A DNA stretch of 64,000 bases from the human T2T-CHM13v2.0 reference genome, Homo sapiens. This document shows, one piece after another, positions 16,257 through 28,829 of this stretch. The stretch lies in NCBI RefSeq assembly GCF_009914755.1, contig NC_060931.1, one strand, 5' to 3'. Positions within the stretch are counted from its first letter, which is position 1. Every line of letters begins with the position of its first letter. The notes beneath the pieces are model-generated. The model was not told where the DNA came from, did no database searches, and was given only the letters and a program-made list of their open reading frames with translations. Position numbers and translations under genes: made by a program.

Positions 16257-18579
16257 ACTGAAGGGAAAAAGAATATGCCACTGCTTTTGCAGCATAAAAT
16301 AATAAAAGTAGTTCCAAACCCCTTCATGGACATAAATTATTAATACTATTTCTTTACAGCAGGGATCTATTATACCTCTATTGTGAAAGTAATATTTTCT
16401 CTACAAAACAACAAGCAGAACTTCAAGAATGAAAAGTTCACCAAATCTGATTTTCCTGGATATACATACTAAAACACTTAAGTGAACACATCACTAAGCA
16501 ATGCATTTCAAATTTAATAATTACATATGAAATGAATTATTAATATATCATATGCTTTCTACTGAAAACTATACAGTATTTTGTAGCCAAAATATTTACG
16601 AGGTTGTTTTAATGATCTCTGTTCATTGCTATGACAACATTCAATTGTGAAACTCACTAAAATATGTCAATACTGAGGACACAGGAAGTATAATGTATAT
16701 GGACCTTAAACTTAACCACTGCAGTTTTAAGTCAAATAGTTATTTACTGGGAGAAACAGCAAAAGTTACTTTGCCTCATAGTAAAAAGCCACTGAATTGT
16801 CATCTATAAAAACTTTCTTTTCTTAAAGTTTTGGGAGAAATATAATTTAATGTTATAAAAAATATTTTGCCCTAAATAAAAGTTTCATTTATCTATAGAA
16901 AAAGTCTGTGTAAATTCTGTTAAAGAGAATATATAACTCAATAATATTTTTAAAGCTAAATAACGTGAATGTCTTTTAAACACATTTCCACCTGGTACTA
17001 GCTCCCCTCCCCACCTCCCTGCAATAAGGCCATTGTTTGTTAAATTGAAAGGGGAAAGAACCTGCTTAGAAAAAAAATAATAATCATAAGAGATAGGCAT
17101 GTAAGAGAAAAATGAAGCATTGATCAGTGTACAAGAATGAGCACAAAACTTCCTGAAATGATGGGAAACCTGATGATAGGGTGCCTACATAATTAGGGAC
17201 ATTAAATTGGGTGCAAAATTGGGCAGTACAAATCCTTTATTTTCAGTTGAACTAGACAATCACTTGAACTTTAGGGGAAAAAAGAAAAAGATCTACTTTC
17301 TTTCTTCTATTTCAGCGCTTAAAATGGAGTAGCTAAAAAACTTAAAGCTGGAAGGATTGGTTCCCCCCAAAGATGTAAAGATAACCCAAGGTGAAAGATT
17401 AAGGGTTTTTCAACATTCGCACAGATTTCAGGGTAAAATGAGCATAATGTAAATCAACTTATTGTTTGAGCCCTTTCAAATTAGTTGCCAAGAGAGGAGT
17501 GAAAACTTGGTAAGCAGGCTCCAGTTTCTGTGTGTTGATTTGGAAATCTTAAAGCTTGAGGGAGCTCAATTCATTTAAAGGAAGACATGTAAAGGGACAA
17601 AAAGTAAACAATGAAAATGCTATGCGATGAAGCACTAAAGTGAATGGGGGTATAGAGGATTTTTTTAAAAAAACAAAACAATAAAGAGTTCCATTGTGCT
17701 TTTAAATTACAATTTTAGAGAGTTCTTTAAGGGTCTGATTTTCTTTTGAGTACCAAAATGTCATGACCCATTTACAATATCCAAACTGTTGATGCTGTTT
17801 TTTTTATCTAGGTTGGAGGGAAATTAAATATAAATTGATATCTCCAAGAATTAAGTCCACATTTTCTAATAGGCAGGTGGCTATTTTGAGTGAAGCAGCC
17901 AAGGCATTTTGCCTTTTAACCTTCCTGCATGGAAAGTCAATTTCTCAACTGCAAACTAGATACCTTCAGAACACTAATGATCAAATCTTATCCCTGCAGC
18001 AACTTCGGGTCCGGACTCTCCTCAGGAATCAAACCAAAAAGCACTATTTCACTAAAAGAAGTGAAGATAGTTGGCCAGACTAAATCCAGGTATTTGGACA
18101 TAAATCTCAGGTGGCTCATCTGCCTTTTCCCAGGAAAATGCGGCCCCAGCTTTCATCAGTGTGTGCTTTGTCTTGATAGAAATGCATAATCATCAAAGCT
18201 AAGTATTTTTTTTACCTCAAATATAAGATCCTTTAGCACTGATTTTAAAAGTATTCGTAAACCACTTATAAACTACGAATGAAAAAATAAAGGACGACAC
18301 AGATTTGTAGGGGCAAGAAAGGTGAGTAGGGAAGGACTAGATCATCTGCATCGAGATTTGAAAGACACTTGTGGCTTACTTGCAAAGCTTCTTTTAGCAT
18401 TGAGCGTACGAGGGAAATTCTGTTCTTGATGACAGCGCAGTGGGAATTCCCACTCCAACAACCCATGAAATGTTACTGCATAATTATTCACCTTCTGAGG
18501 CCCATTACGACTTATCAGCAGAGAAAGAAATTTAATTTAAACTCACCCCTCTGTGCTAAAGAATGACTGGGACATGAGA

Positions 18580-18970
18580 TCAAAGCGCGAAGCTCTGTCC
18601 TCCAGTGGTTTGCAACACCTAGGCACAATAGGGTGAGAGAACGCGGCATTCCAGCGCTTCCCAGCTTTCCGGACCCCGGAGAGAGGGGGTGGGGGTGTGG
18701 GCTCACATCGCCGGCTGGCTTGAGGGAGGAGAGTGGTGGCGGCTCCGGAGGTGGACGTGTCAATTATATCCTGGAGCTCCGGGAAGCCAGATTGCTTCTA
18801 CCGGCGGCTGCAGGGGCTTTGCAAGCGAAGATAGGCGGCCCTCCTTCCTTCCCCACTGTGGGGGATTGGGGTCAGTGGAGCCCGTGGATTTAGCCACGAG
18901 GGGACATGACTGGAGCCCTGTCACGCGCAGGTGTGCGTCTCCGAGAGCTCTTTCAATATAAGTGCGGGAG
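18580..18970. promoter_or_regulatory. Small CpG-rich element
   Basis: Local CpG cluster in an otherwise AT-rich region. Confidence 0.55.
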
Positions 18971-19699
18971 AAGATTTATGCTGCAGCCTCATCACAGGAT
19001 GCCTTAAATGCATGTACATAGTGCGTATCTAACCACCCATAAAAGCCAAGTTTAATCCTTGGCATGTCTCGAGAATACAAAGTGGAACCCACAGATCCGA
19101 ACCTGTGCGATGAGCTTCCAAGACCAGAAGGCCTAAGACCTAGAGGCGCCTAAAAGAGTCAGGGGGTGGGGCTGGGGAAAGGTTTACCAGGAGCCAGCTC
19201 CTTTCCTCAGGCAGCCCGGGGAGAGGCAGGTACATTCTCCAAATAAAGACCTTTAAGCGGAGCATGACGCTCTTCTCCGAAGGGTTGATCTATCTTGATC
19301 TCCTTTCAGATGTCACCAGAATAGGGACCTTCAGAATGTTGGTAGCAGTCCCCAAAGACCCAGAGGCCCAGAGTCGGGAGAGAAGAGCATTGGGAAGGAA
19401 GCCCATGAGAGGTTGTTGGGTTTTGGGTGCAATGCAGTAGAGTTCTGTTCAACAGGTTCAGTGATTCTACATCTGTGTCCATCCACCTATCTATCCATCA
19501 CTTTTTCTGTTAGTCCCCAGGGTAGCTAAACTTTTTTGATATCCTGAAACTAAAAAGCGCAGAGTTTTCACAGCCAGTCACACTTAATTGCGCCTTCTTT
19601 ATGATAACAGTGTGGGGAAATGTGGGCAAGTTCCTTCACTCGTCGAGTCTGCCAACCCCATGATAAAATGACAAGAATAAATCTTGCCACCTATGGAGG

Positions 19700-20702
19700 A
19701 CGCTGCACTTTGACGTCGCTGGGGAGAGGAGGCGGGTGCGAGTGAACACAAAGCAGTTTGGCCAAGAAAAGAGCACAGGAGGTGAAGAAAGGCAGGCAGT
19801 CGTGGGCCAGGACAGAGAGAAAGCTGAACAAGTTCAGGAAGAAGAATCTGAGTCTGTCCACGCCGCAGCAGCCTCCGGTGGCACGGGCAGAAAGATCAAA
19901 GCGCGGCACCCCGTGACAGGATGGGACAGATTCCCCGGGCTCCGAGGCCCTAGGATGGCGCAGGGCAGCGGGCTGGTGCGGGAAAACTACAGAGCAAGCG
20001 AGGGAGGGAAGCGAAGGCAGGGGAATCCCTCACCCCGTCCGGCCCGAGTGTCTTTTGAGAGCCCACAGGCGAGAGCGGGGCGGGGGGAGGCTCCCCGCGC
20101 CGATTCCCACCGTGGGTTTGCCCAAGGTCAGAGGCCCGGGACTGGCGGGCGCGGGTCTGGCCGGCATTGCCCGCGCTGAGCGCGCTGCAGAACGGGAGCA
20201 GGGCACAGGGTGGCGCTCGCTGTCCGTGCAGCGGGCGGAGGCGGCCGCGGTGCCTTTGTGTGCGGTGGGCGCGGCGATGGGCTGCTCCGGCCCGCAGCCC
20301 GAGGGGAGCGGCGGGCCCGGGCCGGGGCCAGGGCTCGCGGGGAGACCCCAGACCACCACCTCACTCTTCGCTGCTACGTGCAAGCGGACCGTGCGGATCG
20401 CCAGTTCGGAACCCTCCCCGGGAGGGCCCGGGGGTCTTTCTCAATGTACTGGGCACTTCGAGGAGCTGGGAAGAGGAAAGCGGAGGGTAGCGTTTAGAAA
20501 GGGAGGGAAATCCTCCCAGGCTCAAAACCTCTCGCAGAATTCATTCGAAAAGAGAACGAAGGGAACTTTGGGCAGGCCGGACCTCGGCTCAGCGCCCTGC
20601 GAGAGAAGCAGAGGTCGCTGCCAGCGTTTCCTCCCGCGCAGCAAGAAATTGGTGCCTGAGAAGCAAAGTTGAGGAATGGGCTTTTTAAAAGCGGCAGCCC
20701 CA

Positions 20703-20720
<18 letters not shown>
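19700..20720. promoter_or_regulatory. CpG island downstream of SP8
   Basis: GC/CpG-rich with GC boxes; no credible coding frame. Confidence 0.85.
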
Positions 20721-21000
<280 letters not shown>

Positions 21001-24000
21001 GCAACATTTCCGGTAGATGGACTTTCAAAAACGGTACTAGAATACCAGGAAAAAGCGACAGCTTGTAGCGGGGCTTTATTCCGAGTTCTAGGTCACCTCA
21101 AGCCCTCCCCGCTGTCCCTAGAGCTCTCCCACTGTTCGTTAGGAACCAAAGCAAAATGTATAAGGCTGCTTTCCTCACCGCCAAGAGACTCCGCAGAAAA
21201 TTAAATTAAATTAAACATGCGCCGAGGGACTAGGGAAAAATAGATCCCCCCTCCCCGCCGCTGCAGCAAATCAACATTTCTGCTCACAGGGAGAGCAGCG
21301 AATCTAAAGACATGGCCACTGACGCGCATCCCCTTAAACCGCAGCGGCTAGGGTCCAGGATGGCAAGGAATTAGCGGCTTTCCTTTAATCCGGAAGCAGG
21401 GAATAAACAGGGAGAAAATTCTGAATCTTATTTTTAAAATAACATCAACTATTTATATTGAGCAGTCTTCAAAAGATGCCACCCAAAACCAAAGCCCTGA
21501 CTTTAAAATGGGTACAGCATTACTATATTTCGATTCCTTACTTTAACACCATTTTCTTGAAATACAGGCACAGAATTGATCTTCTGCGCCATTTTTTAAA
21601 AAGGAGGGAGATTGGGAGGGAGAGAAGGAGGAAGAAAGGAAGGAAGGAAGCAACTGCAGAAACCATACTTTTAAAAAGAGAGAGAAGGATAAAGATGTTG
21701 GTAATATCTGGGTTTTTCTTAGGAGTGTAAAGAGAAATAATGCCTGTTTGGACAGAAGCAGCAAAAATCAGTAGTAAAATGAACAACCACAGTTTATTCA
21801 AAATACCTGCATCAAATCAATCCCTTTTTGAGGCTGTTTGTACAAAACACTGAGCAAAATTCTTAAATTCTTTCATGATAATATTTATCTTTACCATCTT
21901 AGGCAAACAGATAATAATCAAATCCACACTTTTTTCCCCCTTTTTCTGCCTTAATTTATCAGCCAAAAAGATCATCTGACCTTTGAGCTAATCCTCTACA
22001 ATATTTATTTTTAAAAAAATTCCTCTACAAGCCTTCTGTAGCATTCCATTTAATAACCTCACCAAAAGATCCATGAAGATGAAAATGATAGCAAAATTAT
22101 CGATCTGCCTACTTAGGAGTCCAGTCTCATCACCTGCTTGTCTTTAAATTTTAATTTCAGTATTCTCTAACCAAAGGAAGCCCAGTTGAGAAGTTATGCC
22201 AAGATTCCGGTAGGAGCAGGGCGGAAGGAAGGCAAACCCATTCAGGAGCTTTTTCCAGCATCAGTTGTTCTGAGAGGAAGTCATCATATTGGTTTAAATT
22301 AAGTTTCTTACATAAAATATTTCAGTTGGTAATCCAGCCTCAACAAATCACAGTTACACATATCTCAGTGAAAGAGATCATCCACAAAGAGAGAAGGTGA
22401 GGAAGGAAGGAGCCAAAAAAGGAGAAAGCAGGATAGGGAAGAAACATTCAAGTTTGTAGAAGAGATGAGGTAGGAAATGGAAATGGTTGGATTGGCAGCC
22501 CTTTCCAGACTCTGGAGGGTGGGCTGATATATGCTGGCCTGACCTCTGGGTCAACAACTAGTTTAACTCTATCTTGATCTGCCAGACTGGAAGCTTGTCC
22601 CTTGGTTCAAAGTGAGACCTGGCCTTTGACTTCACTTGAGTGAGCCTCCAGCTACTGCCAGGAAGTGCTTTATCAGGGACAAAACAGGAACAAAAAAAAA
22701 AAAAAAATCACAATTTGGTACCTCATCTTCTGTTTTCCCAAAAGAACCCTGCCCACCCTGCAGAAAATTAAGCTAGAAATACTGTTCCATAACCACCAAA
22801 ACAAACCAAGCAAAGCTAGAAGGGTGAGGAGCCAGAAGGAAGAAAGGGAAAGTTTGCACATCTGTACAGCAGAAAAAATGTCCCCCTTCAATCACCCCAA
22901 AGAAATCTTCTTCCAGACAATATTTCTCCTTGTCATAACCCACCTCTTAAATCAATGTTGATTCTGCATGTAATGCAACTGATATTATAAATGTACCAAG
23001 CAGCTTTCCTCTTACCTGCCACTACATTTAACTCCTTCAGAACCGCTCTTTCCGAATCCCTCAGCATTGCAACTTTCAATAAAAAAGAAACAACACTTAA
23101 ACTGTGTTCTGCTTGTTATTCCTAGGAAGAAAGTGACAGAAAGAAACTATTTTACTTTTAAAATCCATTATTTAGAACTATAGTATACCAAAGAATCAGA
23201 GTTAACTTGTTTGTCTAGAACCATAGAGACTGGAGGCCTCAAATACCTGCATAGACAGCAGGATTAAAGGTGTCACCTACTTGGACACGAGCTATATTAT
23301 TCTAAAACATCTTTTATCCCTAATTGCTTTTTCCTCTCAATTTACAGTGCTCATAGCACTTTGTATTTTCACTTGCTTCTATGCATTATAATTACCATAT
23401 ATAGATTTCAATGGAAAATTTTTCAGTTCAAGATGTATACCAAGACTATACTTAGGGTGGGGAGATTGCAAACAGAAATAAAGAAGCTAAACTTGTAAGA
23501 ATCCAAACACACTAACTTTTTATTCAATTTGATTCAAAATAATAATATTAATCTAATAGTGAAATAGTGATATAACATCAATCAACATTTAGAGTATTTT
23601 ATGTTTCAAAGTATGGCTCAAGGAACACCCATTGCTTAAATGCACTTAGACATAACAAGACAGTATTTTTTATTGGCATCATTGACACCTATGAACAATA
23701 GCCTAGTAAATAGATTAAGGTTTAACCTTCCTTTTCTTTGGTGGCTGTTTAGAGACTTTAAAAGAACAGATAACTCATTTCAACAGGAATCTACTACTGA
23801 TATTTACCTCTACATAATCTTTAGCTAAGACTTGGAATGCCAAAAACAAGCTTTTGTTAGCTTGACCTCCTCCACCTCCTAACAACAAAAGTTATCCCCA
23901 AACCCATGTTTTTATTTTAGATGTATTGATCTTCCAATGTAAGGCTTGGCCTTTTAAATACTAAATGCAATCAATGGCCAACAACCTGACTCCTTCTGGA

Positions 24001-24289
24001 GACTGAGAAGGAAAGAGAATGGTGAAATTTCTTTGAATTGTGACTTAGTACAAATTTTAAGAGGTCAGTAAATCCTGATGCTATGAGCTAAATCTACTGG
24101 TAAATAATCAATTACATTCCTTAGACACTATAATCTTTATCTTGGTAAACAGAGAAAACACAGCTTTGCCAAATAGATCTTTCCATCTAACATCTTAAAG
24201 GTAATTATTTAAATATTACCACAAACAAGGATATATTTTGTTTAAATTAGACAATTAACTGAAGATAAAATGCACGTCCATAGTTTAAA

Positions 24290-24339
24290 AAGGGGAAAAA
24301 ATACAAATTAACTGGCCTAGTCTTTTATCTGAGTTTATT
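24290..24339 (-). terminator. SP8 polyadenylation signal and cleavage region
   Basis: AATAAA at 24339-24334, a CA about 20 nt downstream, then TTAATTTGTATTTTTTCCCCTTTTT. Further AATAAA hexamers lie at 24522, 24595 and 25097. Confidence 0.7.
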
Positions 24340-26341
24340 AATACCATTTAAAATATTACAAATAAATCAATTACATTTCATGCATTTAAAATGCAAATCT
24401 AAAATGCTCCAGAGAAAGGCTTTTCATTTCAATGTGAAATATCCAAATTATTTCAACATTACAATGAGCAATTAGTTTGCAGAATCTGCAAACATTTAAA
24501 TGTAGTGTCAGAAGTATTTATTAACAGTTAACAATATTACCTTCAGGAAATACACAAAGGCCAAAGTTAGTCGAGTTTCACTTGGACAATTTATTTAATA
24601 CATGGGTTTTGGCAGACCCACTTATTATGAAATATAGGAGAACTCTCACTTTAACTATGCCTGAACTGCCAGCAAATGCAAATAAGTACATGCTCCATTA
24701 AATTAAATGTCATCCAACATTTATCAAATATTGTCTTAGTTACAGCTTGATACCTATCTAAATTCATATTCGAGCAAAACTAGGCCCCGAAAGTGCGTTT
24801 GTGGCTCTGCACCTCCAGAAGTGAGTTCAAAAAACCTGCAGCTCATCAGAACTGCAACAATAACTCTTAATATTTTCTTGTGACAAAAAAAAAAAATCAA
24901 GTTTACTTCAATATATTTTCAAATATTTACTGGAAGTAATGTACAAGAAAAATACTATACAAAATCGTCTCCTGGACAACTGCACCTCACACCCTTACAC
25001 TGGCGGAGTTATATTTAATTGGTAACTAATCTAGAACGATTCTCCAGTTGTACAAACCATTAGGTTCAGATATATTTTACAAAGGTTCTTTTTTATTTTC
25101 CCTCTTTTGGTATTTAAACTACAGCCTCGTCTGAAATAAACGATAGCTTCTTCACTTGTTTGTAAGTTTAAATCACACACAAAAAAGTTTAACCCTACGA
25201 TCTTCAATGAATTGAGAGAATTTACAGAAATTGGTACTATACAAATTGACGGCCGGACTAACAAAAAAGATTGGGAGGTTATGTTTGGGAGTGGTGAAAA
25301 AACGAGGTAGAAAAGGACAAACATGGAGATAGTTAATCTGGTCTCACCGGAAAGGAGTATTTTTGCATAAGAAAAAAGCACCTACCCTCACCCCCGCCCC
25401 CACCCCGTAAGTTAAGTTAATGCAGTCAAAGTAACTTTGGGATCAATATTAGCAGTTTCGAGAGAAAGAGTTGCTCCCCGTTAGAGGAAAAAACTATTAT
25501 AGAAGGGAAACCAAATGGAAGGTTGCTATTTTCCCCCTAGTTTTTTTAAAAATAAAATATATGCTATAAAGATGAAAGAAAGCTGCTGCAGCGATTCGAC
25601 AAGACTGCCCTTTGCTGAAACTTGCATCGGTTCCACCTCAGGGAACAAAGAAAAAGAGGCAGAGCTGACATTGGGAGATCTAAACTCTACAAACTCTGGG
25701 TCTCGGGGCTGCCAAAAGTGCACCCCCACCAAGCCCCGACAGCCTGAGTAGGACGTCCGGCGATGCCCAGGGGCCTGGCAGGGTGCTCCGAAGCCGAGGT
25801 GCTCAGTACAGCGGCTCTGGAACCAAGCAGCCGTCTGCCCGGGCGGCGCTGTTCTGCCCAGGCCTCCAGCCTCTCCCTCTCCACCGCTCCGGCTCAGGCT
25901 TGCTCAGCCGAGCCGCTCCTGCCCGCGCCGAGGCCCGCTGTCTACCAGGCACTGGATTAGTCCAGCTCTACCTCCAGTGGCCGCTTCCCTCTAAAAGTTA
26001 CGCCCTTCACAACCTGGGGGGTGGAGGAGGGGAGGACAAGGAAGAGAGAACGAGAAATAAAGGCCCGACGAGGCGCGGGTTCCGGCTGCAACGGGTTCAG
26101 GCAGCGTTACCCGTGGAAAGGGAAAGCCAGGGCCCGGGACAGCGATGCGTGTTACTTACTTGTCCATATCCCCTTTACAAAGTTAAGTCACAGAAGGAAG
26201 AAGGAAGAGGGGCAGAAACAGAAAGAGACAGAGAGCGAGTCGGATGCAATAGGGAAAGGCTGGAGTTGAAGTCCGGACAGACAGGGCCCAAGAGGACTTG
26301 GTGGGAGGAGGTCGGGGAGAGGGGCGGGCGCAGGGTGGGCG
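24313..26341 (-). other. SP8: SP8 3'UTR (GC-rich proximal part, AU-rich distal part)
   Basis: Repeat-free sequence between the TGA and an AATAAA with a downstream U-rich element. Confidence 0.75.
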
Positions 26342-27847
26342 TCACTCTAGGCCGTTGCGGTGCCCGGGCTCGGGGGGCTGCAGCAGCTCTGGGGAGTGGC
26401 AGGGCGGGCTGCCCGCGGCGCTGTGCTCGCTGTCGGTGTCGCTGCCCTTCTTGCCGCCGCTGCCCGAGCCCGCCGAGCCGCCGCCGCCGCCGCCGCCACT
26501 GTGCGTCTTCACGTGCTTGCTGAGGTGGTCGCTGCGCATGAAGCGCTTGTTGCAAACTGGACAGGCGAAGCGCTTCTCGCCGGTGTGGGTCCGCAGGTGC
26601 CGCTGCAGCTCGTCGGAGCGCGTGAAGCGCTTGCCGCAGAAAAGCCAGTTGCACACGAAGGGCCGCTCGCCCGTGTGCCAGCGCAGGTGCGCCTTGAGGT
26701 GCGAAGTCTTGCCGTACACCTTGCCGCAGCCCGGGATGTGGCAGCTGTGCAGGCCCTTGCGCCGCAAGCTCGCCCCGGCAGGGCCCAGCCGCTCTGCCTC
26801 CTGGCAGTTGGGGCAGTCGCAGGTGGCGCGGCCGGAGTAGCGGCGAGCTGAGGAGCGCGGGGAGCCCCCCAGCGGCGCCGAAGGCCCAGCGCTCAACATG
26901 GAGCCCCCCGCGCCGGCCAGCGGCGACGGGGCCGAGTCCGGGTAGGAGCCGGGTAGCACTGGCTTGAAGCCGTCCATGAGGTGCTGCCCGGCGGGGCTGA
27001 GCAGGTGCGAGGAGGCGCCGCTGCTGAAGGCCGAGTGACTCAGGCCCGAGTAATCCGAGTTGTAGCCTCCGAGCGGCGAGTGCAGCGAGGTTTGGAGCCC
27101 CCCGGCGGCAGGGTGCAGCGAGCCGGGCAGCGCAGCCGCGCTGTTCGGGTTCTGCACGTCGATCCAGCCGGCCCCCACGTCCCACCAGCTGGAGGCGCCG
27201 GCCGAGCCCACCTCGCCCGCAGCACCCAGGCCCGGGTGCGAGGGCTTAAACCACGACTCGTACGGGTGCGCCATGCCCACCCGCGGGTAGATGCCCTGCA
27301 GCCCGTCCACAGAGGTGTGCACCTTGGAGATGAACACCGGCTGGTGGGAGCCGTCCTGCGAGTGCGCGGAGGAGCCGCCGCCGCCGCCCCCGCCGCCGCC
27401 GCCGCTGCCCCCGGAAACTCCGGGGGCCTGGAAAACAGAGTAGTCGTTGGCGAAGGGCGAGCTGGAGGCGGCGGCTGCGGCGGCGGCGGCGGCGGCTGCG
27501 GCGCTGCTGGAGGTGAGGGAGAAGGCGCTGGAGCCAGGCGAGCCGCCGCAGCTGAACGAGTCGGACACCAGGGCCGCGGCAGCCGCGGCTGCTGCCGCGG
27601 CCGCCGCAGCCGCCGAGGACGAGCCGCCGTTCCTGGAGGCCCCGGACACGCCGAAGCTTGAGAGACTGGAACCCACTACGTTGCAGCTGGCGGAAGAAGA
27701 GGACGAGGAGCGTTTCCAGGGGTGGAAGCCTTTGCCGAAGGAAGAAGAGCTGTCCGAGAGGGAGGAGGGAGACGGGCTGGGGCTGCCTATCTTATTACAG
27801 GTAGCGGCAAGCATGGCCAGAGGAGTCGATCCCAACCTCGGTTCTTC
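26342..27847 (-). CDS. SP8: SP8 transcription factor, last coding exon (501 codons plus TGA)
   Basis: Acceptor CTCCTCCTCGCAG|GAAGAA at 27848/27847. Encodes the Sp box ([15 protein letters not shown]), Ala/Gly/Ser tracts, the Btd box (CDCPNC) and three Sp-type C2H2 fingers, ending [10 protein letters not shown] with TGA at 26344-26342. With exon 1 this gives 508 aa; the internal ATG at 27814 gives 490 aa. Confidence 0.98.
   Translation of the reverse strand, partial: EEPRLGSTPLAMLAATCNKIGSPSPSPSSLSDSSSSFGKGFHPWKRSSSSSSASCNVVGSSLSSFGVSGASRNGGSSSAAAAAAAAAAAAAALVSDSFSCGGSPGSSAFSLTSSSAAAAAAAAAAAASSSPFANDYSVFQAPGVSGGSGGGGGGGGGGSSAHSQDGSHQPVFISKVHTSVDGLQGIYPRVGMAHPYESWFKPSHPGLGAAGEVGSAGASSWWDVGAGWIDVQNPNSAAALPGSLHPAAGGLQTSLHSPLGGYNSDYSGLSHSAFSSGASSHLLSPAGQHLMDGFKPVLPGSYPDSAPSPLAGAGGSMLSAGPSAPLGGSPRSSARRYSGRATCDCPNCQEAERLGPAGASLRRKGLHSCHIPGCGKVYGKTSHLKAHLRWHTGERPFVCNWLFCGKRFTRSDELQRHLRTHTGEKRFACPVCNKRFMRSDHLSKHVKTHSGGGGGGGSAGSGSGGKKGSDTDSEHSAAGSPPCHSPELLQPPEPGHRNGLE
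26501..26749 (-). other. SP8: Three C2H2 zinc fingers of SP8
   Basis: HSCHIPGC...[18 protein letters not shown]...[16 protein letters not shown]...HVKTH. Confidence 0.98.
26798..26830 (-). other. SP8: Buttonhead (Btd) box
   Basis: [11 protein letters not shown] matches CxCPxC just N-terminal of the fingers. Confidence 0.95.
27785..27829 (-). other. SP8: Sp box
   Basis: [15 protein letters not shown] matches the Sp-box consensus SPLALLAATCSRI. Confidence 0.95.
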
Positions 27848-28124
27848 CTGCGAGGAGGAGAGGAGAAGGAGTGGGGGAGGGGAGGTGGGCAAAGGGCCGG
27901 TGGGGGAGGAAAGGAAGAAATGTGCATCAGTCCTTCGGTAGCCTCCAAAGCGCCCCACTGCACCCCATCTCTCGCTGCGGCGCGCCGCCACCAACTCACC
28001 TGGCACCCCCAACAGCCCCGGCGCCCGGCCGCTTCCTACTCTACAGGAGGGGACAAGTTTGGCTGCCGGCGTCTGATTCGGGAGCAAGCACCACGCTAAA
28101 GAAGAGTTTGACAAGTATTCTCAC

Positions 28125-28224
28125 CTAAAACAACACTCTCTTGCACACAAAGCCCCAGACACTTCGTAACAAACAAGCAAAAAGTCCAGATTGGAGAGGA
28201 AGGAAGTTTTCTTTGCCGAGAAGC
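28125..28224 (-). other. SP8: Candidate 100-nt cassette exon of SP8 (would give the short-isoform mRNA)
   Basis: Acceptor GGTTTTCCCCCAG|GCT at 28225/28224 and donor TTAG|GTGAGA at 28125/28124; length is not a multiple of 3. Confidence 0.6.
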
Positions 28225-28829
28225 CTGGGGGAAAACCATTGGATTGCTTTTAAGAGCGCTTCCCTGTAATCCGGAGAGCTTTGAAAAACCTGTTCGGGTC
28301 CCCAGAAACCCATCCTGGGTTGTTTCTCCCAGGCCAAAAGAAATCAAACTGTAGGGCTCACTCTTTCTTCCTGCTTTTCTTTCTTTCTTTTTTTAAAAGC
28401 ATATCTACAGTAGTAAAAACGAGACGAGTTCAACGTACCTGCGAGACAAGGCGGGCTGCAGAATTTTTTTTTAAGGGTTAGGGGAAGAATCTGCACTTTG
28501 CCCAGAAGGAAAAACTTGCTCTCTTTACCCCCGAAATCGGTGCCTGTAAAATGGGCTGGACGCAGGTCTCCCGGGCAGGGAGCAGCGAGGCGCTGCGCGG
28601 TGGCTTGTCTAAATGCCCTTCGAACCTTTTCCTGCGCTGAAAAAAAGTGACTCTGCCCCCTTCTCCCCCTTTTTCTTTTCTCCAAACTCACTTGTATTTA
28701 AAGAAAAAAAAAAAAAGCTCTCAATAGAGAGACTGATAGCCCGTGGCCTGGCCGGGGCGACTTTAACCCCCTCCAATCGGCAATAAAAGGAAACTAATTA
28801 AACCAGCAAGAGAAAATCCTGAGACTCAC

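Larger units (their letters stand above)
25700..28100. promoter_or_regulatory. Intragenic CpG island covering the SP8 last exon
   Basis: Very high GC and CpG density. Confidence 0.9.

Noticed and set aside
25783-28099. Long + strand and alternate-frame ORFs over SP8 (246, 180, 226, 164, 336 aa)
   Set aside because: Stop-poor shadows of GC-rich coding sequence; low-complexity Arg/Pro/Ala/Gly content with no domains.
27848-28114. N-terminal extension of the 590-aa ORF
   Set aside because: It starts at TTG and runs through the intron and polypyrimidine tract; the real N-terminus is spliced from 28850-28830.
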